From: Alphaproteobacteria bacterium
GTDB lineage: Bacteria; Pseudomonadota; Alphaproteobacteria; GCA-2731375
Assembly: GCA_965232515.1 (NCBI GenBank)
Contig: CBDDPY010000002.1
Coordinates: 1,824,001 to 1,888,000 of the forward strand
DNA length: 64,000 nt
Reading direction: 5' to 3'
Notes under the pieces: generated by a model
Told to the model about the DNA's origin: nothing
Databases searched by the model: none
The model's input: the letters and a program-made list of their open reading frames with translations, nothing else
Translations under genes and position numbers: made by a program
In this document: positions 31,999-46,066 of the stretch, piece by piece
Layout: each line of letters starts with the position of its first letter
Numbering within the stretch: the first letter of the stretch is position 1

Positions 31999-32581
31999 GT
32001 CCAGGATCACGTCAGTCTGCGTCTATTGTGGGTCACGGGTCGGCAGCCGGCAAGCCTATCGCGATGTCGCCGCGGCGCTGGGCCAGGGTCTGGCCGCGCG
32101 CGGCATGCGGCTGGTCTACGGCGGCGGCCGTGTCGGCATGATGGGCGTGCTGGCCGACGCCGCGATCGCCGCCGGCGGCGAGGTCGTGGGCATCATTCCG
32201 GAGCATCTGTTTCGCATCGAGGTCGGCCATGAGCAACTCGCCGAGATGCATGTGGTCGCCAATATGCATGAGCGCAAGCACAAGATGTTCGAGCTGTCGG
32301 ACGCCTTCGTGGTCCTGCCCGGCGGCATCGGCACGCTCGACGAGACCTTCGAGATCGTCACCTGGAAGCAGCTGAAGCTGCACGACCGGCCGATCCTGTT
32401 GCTGAACCAGGACGACTACTGGCGGCCCTTCCTCGACCTCATCGACCGGATCGTCGGCGAGGACTTCGCGGCGCCGGCGATCCGCAATCTCTACGGCGTG
32501 GTCGATGACCTCGACGCGCTGTTCGCGGCCCTGGCGGAAGCGCCGGCGCCGCGGATTCCGGCCCATCCCGAACGCCTCTAG
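31997..32581 (+). CDS. LOG family (TIGR00730) nucleotide phosphoribohydrolase
   Basis: SVCVYCGS, LVYGGG.VGMMG, MHERK, LPGGIGTLDE; ATG at 31997. Confidence 0.94.
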   Translation: MSRITSVCVYCGSRVGSRQAYRDVAAALGQGLAARGMRLVYGGGRVGMMGVLADAAIAAGGEVVGIIPEHLFRIEVGHEQLAEMHVVANMHERKHKMFELSDAFVVLPGGIGTLDETFEIVTWKQLKLHDRPILLLNQDDYWRPFLDLIDRIVGEDFAAPAIRNLYGVVDDLDALFAALAEAPAPRIPAHPERL

Positions 32582-32705
32582 GGCCGAATTCTCGACCGCC
32601 GGATCTGTCCGCCGGCCAGTGCTTTGCAGCCCGCCGGGGCGGTGTTATGTTCGCGCCCGCGCGCGGGGGGCAGCAGCGCATTTCCGGCCGAACGAGGTGT
32701 GATTA

Positions 32706-33920
32706 ATGAGCAAAATCAAAGTCGATAACCCGATCGTCGAGCTTGACGGCGACGAAATGACCCGGATTATCTGGGCCTTCATCAAGGACAAGCTGATCCT
32801 GCCGTATCTCGACGTCGACCTGAAATACTACGACCTCGGCATCGAAGCCCGGGACGAGACCGACGACCAGATCACCGTCGACGCGGCCGAGGCCATCAAG
32901 CAGTACGGTGTCGGCGTCAAATGCGCCACCATCACGCCGGACGAGGCCCGGGTCGAAGAATTCAACCTCAAGCGCATGTACCGCTCGCCGAACGGCACGA
33001 TCCGCAACATCCTCGGCGGCACCGTGTTCCGCGAGCCGATCATCTGCCAGAACATTCCGCGCCTGGTGCCGGGCTGGACCGACCCGATCGTCATCGGCCG
33101 CCACGCCTTCGGTGACCAGTACCGCGCGACCGACTTCGTGGTGCCGGGCAAGGGCAAGCTGACGCTCACCTTCGAGCCGGCCGACGGCGGCGACAAGATG
33201 GAGTTCGAGGTCTTCGACTTTCCCGGCGGCGGCGTCGCCATGGGCATGTACAACCTCGACGACTCGATCCGCGATTTCGCCCGCGCCTGCATGAACTACG
33301 GCCTGGCGCGCACCTGGCCGGTTTACCTCTCGACCAAGAACACGATCCTGAAAGCCTATGACGGCCGCTTCAAGGATCTGTTCCAGGAGGTCTTCGACGC
33401 CGAGTTCAAGGACAAGTTCCAGGCCGCCGGCATCGACTACGAGCACCGTCTGATCGACGACATGGTCGCCGCGGCGCTGAAGTGGAGCGGCAAGTTCGTT
33501 TGGGCCTGCAAGAACTACGACGGCGACGTGCAGTCCGACACCGTGGCGCAGGGCTTCGGCTCGCTCGGTCTGATGACCTCGATGCTGATGACGCCCGACG
33601 GCAAGACCGTCGAGGCCGAGGCGGCGCACGGCACGGTCACGCGGCACTACCGCATGCATCAGCAGGGCAAGGAAACCTCGACCAATCCGATCGCCTCGAT
33701 CTTCGCCTGGACCGGCGGGCTGAAGCACCGCGGCACGATCGACGGCAACGCGGCCGTCACCAAGTTCGGCGAAACGCTGGAGCGGGTCTGCGTCGAAACC
33801 GTCGAGGCCGGCAGCATGACCAAGGACCTAGCGATCCTGATCGGGCCGGATCAGGAGTGGCTGACCACCAACCAGTTCCTCGACAAGCTCGACGCCAACC
33901 TTCAGGCGGCGATGGGTTGA
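32706..33920 (+). CDS. icd: NADP-dependent isocitrate dehydrogenase (type II)
   Basis: [55 protein letters not shown]. Confidence 0.99.
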   Translation: MSKIKVDNPIVELDGDEMTRIIWAFIKDKLILPYLDVDLKYYDLGIEARDETDDQITVDAAEAIKQYGVGVKCATITPDEARVEEFNLKRMYRSPNGTIRNILGGTVFREPIICQNIPRLVPGWTDPIVIGRHAFGDQYRATDFVVPGKGKLTLTFEPADGGDKMEFEVFDFPGGGVAMGMYNLDDSIRDFARACMNYGLARTWPVYLSTKNTILKAYDGRFKDLFQEVFDAEFKDKFQAAGIDYEHRLIDDMVAAALKWSGKFVWACKNYDGDVQSDTVAQGFGSLGLMTSMLMTPDGKTVEAEAAHGTVTRHYRMHQQGKETSTNPIASIFAWTGGLKHRGTIDGNAAVTKFGETLERVCVETVEAGSMTKDLAILIGPDQEWLTTNQFLDKLDANLQAAMG

Positions 33921-33942
33921 ACCCGGATCCGGCGCGCCGTCC

Positions 33943-35151
33943 CTACCGATCGGTCGGCGCGCTGGTGGGACCGGTGCCGAGTTCTTCCGGCAGGACGTCG
34001 CCGGTCGCGGCGGCGCGGCGCTCGGCCGCCACGCGCGTCACCTCGACCTTGATGTGGGCGCTCTCGTCCATCAGCCGGTGGAAGTCGTCCGCCTCCAGCA
34101 CCATCAGGCGACAATCCGTCTTGGCAACGACGGTCGCTTCGCGCGTCGTGCGATAGACCAGGCTGATTTCGCCGAAGAAATCGCCGGCCTCAAGGCTGAC
34201 ATGGCCTTTCGGCATGCCGACGTCGACTTCGCCAGTGGCGATGAAATACATGCAATCGGCCGTGTCGCCGCGGCGCTGAATGGTGTAGCCGGCCGGCACC
34301 TCCTGGCTGTGCAGCAGCGCTGCGATCTTGGCGATCGATCGCGCGTCGAGCTCGGCGAACAGCGGCACGCGCGCCACCATACCCCAGGTGACGACGAAGT
34401 CGCGGCGATGCACCTCGTTGGTGAAGCCCGAGGCGATGATGGCGATCGGCAGCGCGTACATGCCGATGCCCAGTACCGAGATCAGCCCGGCGAACAGGCG
34501 TCCCAGCGGCGTCACCGGCGTCACGTCGCCATAGCCGACGGTGGTCAGCGTTGCCATCGCCCACCACATGGCGGCGGGAATGCTGCCGAACTCGTCGGGC
34601 TGGACGCGGCGCTCGATCAGATGCATACCGCTGGCCGCGAACATGATCAGTGCCAGCATGATCATGATCGCCGCCACCAGCGCCCGCCGCTCCAGATACA
34701 GCACGCGCCCGAGCGTGGTCAGCGCCGGCGAGAAGCGCGCCAGCTTCAACAGCCGGATCAGCCGGAACAGCCGCAGCATCAACAGCTCCGGCCCGACGAA
34801 CGGCAGCAGCAGCACCGGCGCGATCGCCAGCAGGTCGATGATCATGGTCGGCGTCAGCGCGAAGTTCAGGCGCACCGCCGCGCGGCTCTGCCGGCCGAAG
34901 GACGCGTGCTCGGTGCAGACCCAGATCCGGGCCACGTATTCGAGCGTGAAGACCGTCAGCGACAGAATTTCGATGGTCTGAAAGATGCCGCCGTACGAGC
35001 TGCCGTACGACGGCACCGATTCAAGCGCGATGGCGACGACGCTGACCACGATCAGCAGGCACAGGCCGTTGTCGATCAGCTGAGCCGGCAGCGTCCGGCG
35101 ATCGCCGGCCTCCAGCAGATCGAACACACGCCGCTTCAGGCTGACTGCCAT
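33943..35151 (-). CDS. 6TM cyclic nucleotide-gated potassium channel
   Basis: ATG at 35151; S4-like LRLFRLIRLLKLAR, filter TTVGYGD, CNBD FFGEISL....REATV. Confidence 0.92.
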   Translation of the reverse strand: MAVSLKRRVFDLLEAGDRRTLPAQLIDNGLCLLIVVSVVAIALESVPSYGSSYGGIFQTIEILSLTVFTLEYVARIWVCTEHASFGRQSRAAVRLNFALTPTMIIDLLAIAPVLLLPFVGPELLMLRLFRLIRLLKLARFSPALTTLGRVLYLERRALVAAIMIMLALIMFAASGMHLIERRVQPDEFGSIPAAMWWAMATLTTVGYGDVTPVTPLGRLFAGLISVLGIGMYALPIAIIASGFTNEVHRRDFVVTWGMVARVPLFAELDARSIAKIAALLHSQEVPAGYTIQRRGDTADCMYFIATGEVDVGMPKGHVSLEAGDFFGEISLVYRTTREATVVAKTDCRLMVLEADDFHRLMDESAHIKVEVTRVAAERRAAATGDVLPEELGTGPTSAPTDR

Positions 35152-35186
35152 CGGTTTACCGGCGCCTCCCCCGCGCCTTCGTGAAA

Positions 35187-37850
<2,664 letters not shown>

Positions 37851-37944
37851 GTCTTAACCAATATCTAGGCCGGCCCGGCCAGCGCGGCAAAGTAGCGCCC
37901 GCGCGGCAACCCCGCAAGAGACGCCGGCGGAGACGCCACAAACG

Positions 37945-37974
37945 AAAAACGGCGCCGGGCTAACCCGGCGCCGT
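37945..37974 (-). terminator. Rho-independent terminator of recA
   Basis: ACGGCGCCGGG-CTAA-CCCGGCGCCGT 11-bp stem, with a T-run following on the minus strand. Confidence 0.85.
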
Positions 37975-38003
37975 CTCGATTTGCTTCTCTACGGGCGTGC
38001 GGG

Positions 38004-39107
<1,104 letters not shown>

Positions 39108-39157
39108 GTCACGGCTCCTTATCCCATAGCCACTTCAGCGATGCAATTGAGCCGAAT

Positions 39158-39172
39158 GTACATATTTTGTTC
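39158..39172 (-). promoter_or_regulatory. Alphaproteobacterial LexA (SOS) box
   Basis: Minus strand GAAC-AAAATAT-GTAC (GAAC-N7-GTAC) about 50 nt upstream of recA. Confidence 0.85.
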
Positions 39173-39365
39173 TCATACGCAAGCAGGAACTTTATGTCAT
39201 TGAAAAACAACGGTTTTCCCACCGGTCGTTCAAGGAACGTTCCGGGAAAATCAGGTCGGCACCACGGCTTTCGGTTCGGCGATGGCGCCGCGCCCAATCG
39301 ATTATGGCGCCGTGAAGGAGTCCGAGCCGCGCCGCCGGCCAGGACGTGGCCTGGATTATCGCGCG

Positions 39366-40187
39366 CTAACCAAGGACCTTGAGGATTAGCCGGCCAGCTG
39401 GCGTCTCTCGGATCGCCAGCCAGGCCGGCGAATCCACAAACTGCTGCCGAAGCAGCTTCCACAAGGCCGATCGCGGCACATAGATGTCAACGGGCGCGCC
39501 CAGGAGCAGCGCTTCTTTCAGCAGGTTATGTGGGAAAAGCGCCCGCAGACGTTCACGATACCAGGCCGAATATGCAGACCGACAGACAAAGACTTTGTTG
39601 CGGCCGATGGCGAAGGGAACGAGCTCGCTTGCCGGCAATGCCTGCAAGGCACCCTCGGATACGCCGGGCCATTGCGGGTTGAAATAATCGTCGAGAATAA
39701 CGACGCCGTTATCCGCCAGCCCCGACGCCGCCAGGTGGATATCGTTGCGCGTCAACTCCGCCGTGTGGCCGCCATCGATGCTGAACAGCCTGATGCGCCC
39801 GGCCGCATCCAGAATTTCTTCCGTACTGACGTCGTCGGAACTCTTTCGGATCGTATCGATGTCGGTATCGGCGAAGGACGACAGATTACGATGGAACACG
39901 GCCTCGTTACCCGAGCCGGACCTATCGACATTCTGCGTCTGATCGTCAAACACGTCGATGCAGAACGCGCGCTCGCCCTCATGAATCATCAGATACAGAA
40001 GAATGAACAAACGTCCGTGATGAATGCCAATCTCGCCAACGCCGCCGGTGATATCCGCGGCCGTCTGAACCACGCCGAGACCCGCGATCAATTGCGCATC
40101 CATTGGGTTCAGCCAGCCTTCGACCCTGCGGTGGCCGCCGCCGGCATAACGTCGCAACCGCGCCTCTGGAAACTTGCGTTTCAACAT
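39366..40187 (-). CDS. Class I SAM-dependent methyltransferase (Methyltransf_24-like)
   Basis: VEGWL, GEIGIHHG, CIDVF, FSIDGGH, GVVILDD..NPQWPGV. Confidence 0.85.
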   Translation of the reverse strand: MLKRKFPEARLRRYAGGGHRRVEGWLNPMDAQLIAGLGVVQTAADITGGVGEIGIHHGRLFILLYLMIHEGERAFCIDVFDDQTQNVDRSGSGNEAVFHRNLSSFADTDIDTIRKSSDDVSTEEILDAAGRIRLFSIDGGHTAELTRNDIHLAASGLADNGVVILDDYFNPQWPGVSEGALQALPASELVPFAIGRNKVFVCRSAYSAWYRERLRALFPHNLLKEALLLGAPVDIYVPRSALWKLLRQQFVDSPAWLAIRETPAGRLILKVLG

Positions 40188-40377
40188 CGTGTCCCTTCCA
40201 CCTCCCCACCAAAGCGGGACGTTCTGAAAACATGCTGGAGCGCGCCGCTGCAGACAAATCTATAGATAGAACGAACAGACATCCGCAAGGGATCGATACC
40301 CTTAACCGAGCCCGGTTCGCTTCGCGTCGTTGGCGTTGCTCGTCGGTCGAGCTGGCGTGCCTTGGGAGGAAAACCGA

Positions 40378-42921
40378 CTAGACGCGCTCGCCGTCGATCA
40401 CCGACTTCACCTTGCCGGCCAGCTGCTTCAGGCTGAACGGCTTCGGCAGCAGATCGAAATCGGCATCGGGGTCGAGATTGCGGCGGAAGGCGTCCTCGGC
40501 ATAGCCCGAGATATAGATCACCTTCAGGTCCGGCAGCGTCTGACGCACCCGCTTGATCAATGTCGGGCCGTCCATCTGCGGCATCACCACGTCGCTGATC
40601 AGCAGGTCGATCTTGCCGTCGTGCTCGGCCAGCGCCTTCAGCGCCGCCTCGCCGCCATTCGCCTCCAGCACCGTATAGCCCTTGTTGCGCAGTGCCCGGG
40701 CCGCGAACACGCGCACCGCGTCCTCGTCCTCGACCAGCATGATGGTGCCCTTGCCGGTCAGGTCCTGCGGTTTGGCGTCGGCGCCGGCGGCATCGTCGTC
40801 GTCGGCCTGCGGCTCGGTCTCGACCTGCTGCAGCCGCGGCAGATAGATCCGGAACGCCGTGCCCTTGCCGACCTCGCTCTTCGGGAAGATGAAGCCGCCG
40901 GTCTGCTTGACGATACCGTAGACCGTGGCGAGGCCAAGGCCGGTGCCCGACCCGGCGCCGGTGCCGGGCTGCTTGGTGGTGAAGAATGGCTCGAAGATCT
41001 TGCCCAGGTCCTCGGGCGAGATGCCCTTGCCGGTATCGTGCACCTCGATTTCGACATAGTCCGCCGCCGGCATCAGGTCATGGCCCAGCTTGGCCGACTC
41101 TTCGCGGCTGACGTTGCGGGTGACGATCGACAGCGTGCCGCCGCGCGGCATGGCGTCGCGGGCATTCACCGCCAGATTGATGATCACCTGCTCGAGCTGG
41201 CCCTGGTCGGCCTTGACCAGGCCGAGGTCGCGTTCGTGCTGCAGCTTGAGCTCGATGTTCTCGCCGATCAGCCGTTGCAGCAGGTGCGACAGCTCGGCCA
41301 GCACGTCGGTCAGCGACAGCACCTTCGGTCGCAGCGTCTGCTGGCGCGAGAAAGCCAGCAGCTGACGCACCAGGTTGGCGGCGCGGTTGGCGTTCTGCTT
41401 GACCTGCATGATGTCCGGGAACGACTCGTCGCCGGGTCGCGCGCGCAGCAACAGCAGGTCGCAGTGGCCGATGATGGCGGTCAGCAGATTGTTGAAGTCG
41501 TGCGCCACGCCGCCGGCAAGCTGGCCGACGGCCTGCATCTTCTGGCCTTGCGCGAACTGCAGCTCGAGATTGCGCTGCTCGGCCATGTCGACCAGGTTCA
41601 CCAGCAGCTCGGCCGCCTCGCCCGACCCGCTTTCCAGACGGCTGGCATAGAGCTGCACCGGTCGCCGGCCCAACAGGTCCGAGAGATGCACCTCCATCAT
41701 GCCGCCGCGCTTGCCGGCCCAGCTGTCGTCCAGGCGCCGCGCCACGTCTTCGCGATCCTCGGCCGCCACCAGGTCGAGAAACTGCCGGCCCGTCGGATCG
41801 GCGCCGTCCGCGGCCATCGCCTGCAGGGCCGGATTGGCGACGACGACCGCGCCATCCAGATCGACCATCAGCGCCGCCACCGGTGCGAAATCGAAGAAAC
41901 GGCGGAAGCGCTCCTCGGTGGACCTCGTGGCGACGGCGCCCGTGGCCGGCGTCAGGTCGTTGACCACGGCAAGCTGGCGCGCCTCGGCGCCGTCGCCCAC
42001 CAGCGTCCGCATCAGCATGGCCGGCATCTCGCTGCCGTCATGGCGGCGTAAGGTCAGCCGTGCCGGCGCCGGCCGTCCGGCCTCGGCCGGCTGCGGCGGA
42101 TCGCCGACAACGATGTCGGCGAGCCTCATCTCCGCCGTCATCGCCTCGACGTCGTAACCCAGGCGCTCGGCAAGCTCGCGGTTGATCGAGCGGAAGCGCC
42201 CCGCCGCATCGGCAACGAAGAAGCCGACCGGCGCGGCATCGAGCAACTCCGCGATCTGCCATGTCGCGTCGGCCGGATCCGGCGCGCCCTCGCCGTCCGC
42301 CGGCGGCATATCGTTGCCCGTCGGCTGCGACGGCTGCGCGTTCCCGCCAGCCGGCGTCGACATCTCCGTACTGTCGTCGACCAATTCCCAGGCCACCGCG
42401 GCCGCCGATCCGTCGACCGGAAACGCCCGCACCTCGACCCAGGTGCCGGCGGCCGCGAAACCACCCGGCAGCCGCAAGCGGTCGCGGGCGGTATCGCCCG
42501 ACGCCGCCGCCTTCCGCAGACGACGCCAATCCTCTGCTTCGACCGCCTGCAGATCGAGCCGGCTCATCGGGCCGAAGCGGGCGCCAAATGCAACGTTTCG
42601 ATACAGGATGGCGCCGTCGGCATCCGTGACCATGACGCCGTGCGGACTGTGATCGACAGCCTCGGCGATCAGCTCGAGATTCGCATCCTCGTCCCGGCCG
42701 CGCGTGGCCAGAACCAGCGCCGCGCCCGCGATCGCGCCGGCCGCCGCGGCCAGCGACAGGAAACCGGCGCTGCCCGCGCCCGCGGCCACGACCACGACGC
42801 TCAATGCCAGAACCGCGATGATCGCGCCGGCCCAGGCCAAGGGCCGCCGGCCGTGACGGGCCAGGCGCCGACTGGAGGCCATGGCGTTCTGCCGGCTGAA
42901 TCGGGATATCGTCGCGTCCAT
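40378..42921 (-). CDS. cckA: Cell-cycle hybrid histidine kinase CckA
   Basis: Two N-terminal TM segments, PAS domains, [22 protein letters not shown]-terminal receiver ([21 protein letters not shown]); flhB-cckA-recA synteny. Confidence 0.9.
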   Translation of the reverse strand: MDATISRFSRQNAMASSRRLARHGRRPLAWAGAIIAVLALSVVVVAAGAGSAGFLSLAAAAGAIAGAALVLATRGRDEDANLELIAEAVDHSPHGVMVTDADGAILYRNVAFGARFGPMSRLDLQAVEAEDWRRLRKAAASGDTARDRLRLPGGFAAAGTWVEVRAFPVDGSAAAVAWELVDDSTEMSTPAGGNAQPSQPTGNDMPPADGEGAPDPADATWQIAELLDAAPVGFFVADAAGRFRSINRELAERLGYDVEAMTAEMRLADIVVGDPPQPAEAGRPAPARLTLRRHDGSEMPAMLMRTLVGDGAEARQLAVVNDLTPATGAVATRSTEERFRRFFDFAPVAALMVDLDGAVVVANPALQAMAADGADPTGRQFLDLVAAEDREDVARRLDDSWAGKRGGMMEVHLSDLLGRRPVQLYASRLESGSGEAAELLVNLVDMAEQRNLELQFAQGQKMQAVGQLAGGVAHDFNNLLTAIIGHCDLLLLRARPGDESFPDIMQVKQNANRAANLVRQLLAFSRQQTLRPKVLSLTDVLAELSHLLQRLIGENIELKLQHERDLGLVKADQGQLEQVIINLAVNARDAMPRGGTLSIVTRNVSREESAKLGHDLMPAADYVEIEVHDTGKGISPEDLGKIFEPFFTTKQPGTGAGSGTGLGLATVYGIVKQTGGFIFPKSEVGKGTAFRIYLPRLQQVETEPQADDDDAAGADAKPQDLTGKGTIMLVEDEDAVRVFAARALRNKGYTVLEANGGEAALKALAEHDGKIDLLISDVVMPQMDGPTLIKRVRQTLPDLKVIYISGYAEDAFRRNLDPDADFDLLPKPFSLKQLAGKVKSVIDGERV

Positions 42922-42993
42922 CTATTGCAACCCTCTGCACCGCCCCGCCGCCGATGTGCGTTCTAGCATCTGCGCGCGGTCCTCGACATCGTG

Positions 42994-44079
42994 TCAGCCC
43001 TGCGTCAGCGGCCGCCGCAGCTTCCGCCGCAACCCCATGACATACCCAATAACCTCGGCCACCGCTTGATAGAATTGCGGCGGCACCTCCTGATCGACCT
43101 CGACGCCGGCGTGCAGGGCACGGGCCAGCGGCGGGTTTTCTACGATCGGCACATCGTTCTCGTCCGCAATGTCACGCATCTTCAGCGCCAGCAGATCCTG
43201 TCCCTTGGCGACGCAGCGCGGCGCCGCCATGGTCTCGGCATCGTATTTGAGCGCGACCGCGAAGTGGGTCGGGTTGGTGACCAGAACGTCGGCGGTCGGC
43301 ACGGCCGCCACCGTGCGCTGACGCGCGCGCTCGGTGCGGACCTGCCGGATCCTCGCCTTGACCTGCGGATCGCCCTCGGACTGCTTGTTCTCGTCCTTGA
43401 TCTCCTGGCGGGACATCTTCTGGCTCTCGATGAAGTCCCATTTTTGATACATGAAGTCCAGCGCCGCAATGACCGTCATCACGCCGATGACGGCGGCGGC
43501 CATCAGCAGCGCCATCTTCTTGATGATGTCGAGCACCTCATAAAGATCGTAGGACGGCAGCAGCCGGATCATCTGCAGTTCCGGCCAGACCAGAAAAATC
43601 AGCAGGCTGCCGATCACCACCAGCTTGAACGCGGCCTTCGCCAGCTCGACCAGCCCCTGGGTGCCGAAGATTTTCTTCACACCCTTCATCGGCGACAACT
43701 TGTTGAGGTCCGGCTTCATGCGGAAGGCCGAGAATACCGGTTTGTGCTGGACCATATTGCCGCCGACGGCGGCCAGAATCATCAGCAACAGCGGCAGAAA
43801 GACCAGCTTCAGAATGTCGAAGCCCATGTTGCGGAACACGTCCAGCAGATGTCCGTAATCCATCGGCACCGCATGCGGCGCCTCGAAGAACGGCAGGATC
43901 TGTTGGCTCAGGCCGCTCGCCACATAGTCGGCAAACAAGGCAACGGACAACGCCGCGGCCGACAGCATGAACCAGTGCCCGACCTCCTGGCTTTTGGCCA
44001 CCTGGCCCTTCGAGTGCGCCTCGGAAAGCCGCTTGCCGGTCGGCTGTTCTGTTTTTTGACTCTTGTCTTCTTCGGACAT
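42994..44079 (-). CDS. flhB: Flagellar export protein FlhB
   Basis: KTEQPT, EGDPQVK, NPTH cleavage motif, ENPPLARAL. Confidence 0.97.
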   Translation of the reverse strand: MSEEDKSQKTEQPTGKRLSEAHSKGQVAKSQEVGHWFMLSAAALSVALFADYVASGLSQQILPFFEAPHAVPMDYGHLLDVFRNMGFDILKLVFLPLLLMILAAVGGNMVQHKPVFSAFRMKPDLNKLSPMKGVKKIFGTQGLVELAKAAFKLVVIGSLLIFLVWPELQMIRLLPSYDLYEVLDIIKKMALLMAAAVIGVMTVIAALDFMYQKWDFIESQKMSRQEIKDENKQSEGDPQVKARIRQVRTERARQRTVAAVPTADVLVTNPTHFAVALKYDAETMAAPRCVAKGQDLLALKMRDIADENDVPIVENPPLARALHAGVEVDQEVPPQFYQAVAEVIGYVMGLRRKLRRPLTQG

Positions 44080-44097
44080 GGCTCTGTCAGACCTAGC

Positions 44098-44862
44098 TCA
44101 ATTCGGCGCCAGCAGGTTGACGATGCTGGCCTCGAAGTGATTCACGAACCACATCATCGACGCCGGCAGCACGGCCATCAGCAGGAAGAAGGCGAAGCTG
44201 ATCTGCAGCGGGATCGCCGAAAAGAACAGCTGCACCTGCGGCATCAGGCGCTGCAGCAGACCGAGCCCGATGTAGAAGGCGATTCCGAACACCACGAACG
44301 GCGTCGCCATCTGGATGCCGATCTTGAACGAAGATGCGACGATGGCGATCACCAGCTGCGCGATGGAATCCGTCGGCGGCGGGCTGCCGGGCGGAAACAG
44401 GGTGTAGCTGTCGTAGATCGCGCCGATCATCATCATATGCAGGCCGGTCGCGAAGATCAGCACGACGCCGACCATGGTCATGAGGGCGCTGATCAGCGCG
44501 CCCTGCACACCCTGGTTCGGGTCCACCGTCATGGCGTAGGCAAGACTGCTCTGAAAGGCGATGACCGTCCCGGCGATATGCAGCGCGCTCATCATCAGCC
44601 GCGCTGTCGCGCCGATGAACAGGCCGTAGAGGATCTCGCCGGACACCAGGAACGCCAACGCCCATGGCGTATCGGGCAGCGCCGGCAAACCGTCGCGCAC
44701 GAGGGGAAAGATCACCAGGGTCAGGGCCAGCGACAGCGCCAGCCGGACCCGGCGAAATACATAGGTCTCGCCGATGCCCGGCAACAGCATGACGCCGGCG
44801 CCGATCCGCGCGAACACCAGCATGAAGGCGAACAGCTCGCCCGGCAGGTATTGCGCGAGCAC
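44098..44862 (-). CDS. fliR: Flagellar export protein FliR
   Basis: VFARIG..MLLPG.GE, RLMPQVQLFF...P; hydrophobic; between fliQ and flhB. Confidence 0.95.
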   Translation of the reverse strand: MLAQYLPGELFAFMLVFARIGAGVMLLPGIGETYVFRRVRLALSLALTLVIFPLVRDGLPALPDTPWALAFLVSGEILYGLFIGATARLMMSALHIAGTVIAFQSSLAYAMTVDPNQGVQGALISALMTMVGVVLIFATGLHMMMIGAIYDSYTLFPPGSPPPTDSIAQLVIAIVASSFKIGIQMATPFVVFGIAFYIGLGLLQRLMPQVQLFFSAIPLQISFAFFLLMAVLPASMMWFVNHFEASIVNLLAPN

Positions 44863-44874
44863 GGCTCACCGCAC

Positions 44875-45141
44875 CTACGGCAGCGCGATGATGCGCTGCG
44901 CCGTACGCTCCATGAACGCCGTCAGCACGTTGAGCATGAACGGCATGAAGACCAGCAGCGAAAGAAAGATGGCGAAGATCTTCGGCACGAACACCAACGT
45001 CATCTCCTGAATCTGGGTCAACGCCTGGAACAGCGCGACCGTCAGGCCGACGACCAGGCCGACCGCCATCACGGGGGACGCTACTTGCAGAAGAACGAAG
45101 ATCGCGTCGCGTAGAAACTCCAGGACCTCAGGGGTTGTCAT
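44875..45141 (-). CDS. fliQ: Flagellar export protein FliQ
   Basis: LFQALTQIQEMTLVFVPKI signature. Confidence 0.97.
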   Translation of the reverse strand: MTTPEVLEFLRDAIFVLLQVASPVMAVGLVVGLTVALFQALTQIQEMTLVFVPKIFAIFLSLLVFMPFMLNVLTAFMERTAQRIIALP

Positions 45142-45168
45142 TACATCAACTTACACATCTGGATGGTT

Positions 45169-45253
45169 GCTCGACCCGTCCCGCTCCCCCACCCGACCAC
45201 CCATCAAGCATACTTCCGTGGGTGGTCGGGTGGGGGAGCGGGACGGGTCGAGC
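45169..45253. repeat. Perfect 35-bp inverted repeat with 15-nt spacer
   Basis: GCTCGACCCGTCCCGCTCCCCCACCCGACCACCCA (45169-45203) is the exact reverse complement of 45219-45253. Confidence 0.97.
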
Positions 45254-45270
45254 TCTAATCCCAAAAAACA

Positions 45271-45603
45271 TCAGATCGGCATGCGGACGATGTCCTGATA
45301 GGCCTGGATCACCCGGTCGCGCACCGCGACCACGGTCTGCAGGCTGACCTCGGCGTTGGTGACGGCCGTGACGACATCGACCAGCTCTGCCTGCCGGCCG
45401 GCGGCCTGCATCGACACCGTCTCGCCCGCGCGCAGGCTGTCGACCGACTGCGTGGCGACATCCTGCAGCAGGTCGGCGAAGCTGGGACCGGCGGCCTTGT
45501 CGGCACCGCCCAGTCCGAGGTCGACGCTGTCGCTGCGCGACTGCGCCGCGCGGTTCAAGGCATCGGTATAGGCCGAGGCGGCGTTGGTGAATTTCACGTC
45601 CAT
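45271..45603 (-). CDS. fliE: Flagellar hook-basal body protein FliE
   Basis: DVVTAV..AE..LQTVVAVRDRVIQAYQDIVRMPI. Confidence 0.95.
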   Translation of the reverse strand: MDVKFTNAASAYTDALNRAAQSRSDSVDLGLGGADKAAGPSFADLLQDVATQSVDSLRAGETVSMQAAGRQAELVDVVTAVTNAEVSLQTVVAVRDRVIQAYQDIVRMPI

Positions 45604-45636
45604 GGCGAACCCTCTCCTCTAAATCCCCGCGGTCGC

Positions 45637-46047
45637 CTAGCCGCGCAGGATGTCGACGGTGCGCTTCATCATCTGGCGCACCGCCGTGATCATGTTCAGG
45701 TTGGCTTCGTAGCTGCGCTGCGCTTCGCGCATGTCCATCATTTCGATCAGCGAGTTGACGTTCGGCAGCTGTACGTAGCCGGCTTCGTCGGCGCCCGGAT
45801 GGCCCGGGTCGTAGCGTTTGCCGAACGCTGAACGGTCCAGCTGAATGCGGTCCACCGACACTTTCTCGACCCCGACGGCGCGGTCGAGCGCGTTCTTGAA
45901 TGTCGGCAGCTTGCGGCGATACGGCTCGTCGTTGGGCGATTGCGGCAGCGAGTTCGCGTTGGCCAGGTTCTCGGAGATGATGCGCATCCGCTGGCCCTGG
46001 GCCCGCATGCCCGAGGCCGAAATCATCAGTGTCTTGGAGAATTCCAT
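45637..46047 (-). CDS. flgC: Basal-body rod protein FlgC
   Basis: SASGMRAQ..RM.IISENLANA, YDPGHP.AD, PNVN, AQRSYEAN. Confidence 0.97.
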   Translation of the reverse strand: MEFSKTLMISASGMRAQGQRMRIISENLANANSLPQSPNDEPYRRKLPTFKNALDRAVGVEKVSVDRIQLDRSAFGKRYDPGHPGADEAGYVQLPNVNSLIEMMDMREAQRSYEANLNMITAVRQMMKRTVDILRG

Positions 46048-46066
46048 TCCGCGCCCCCGGATCCGG

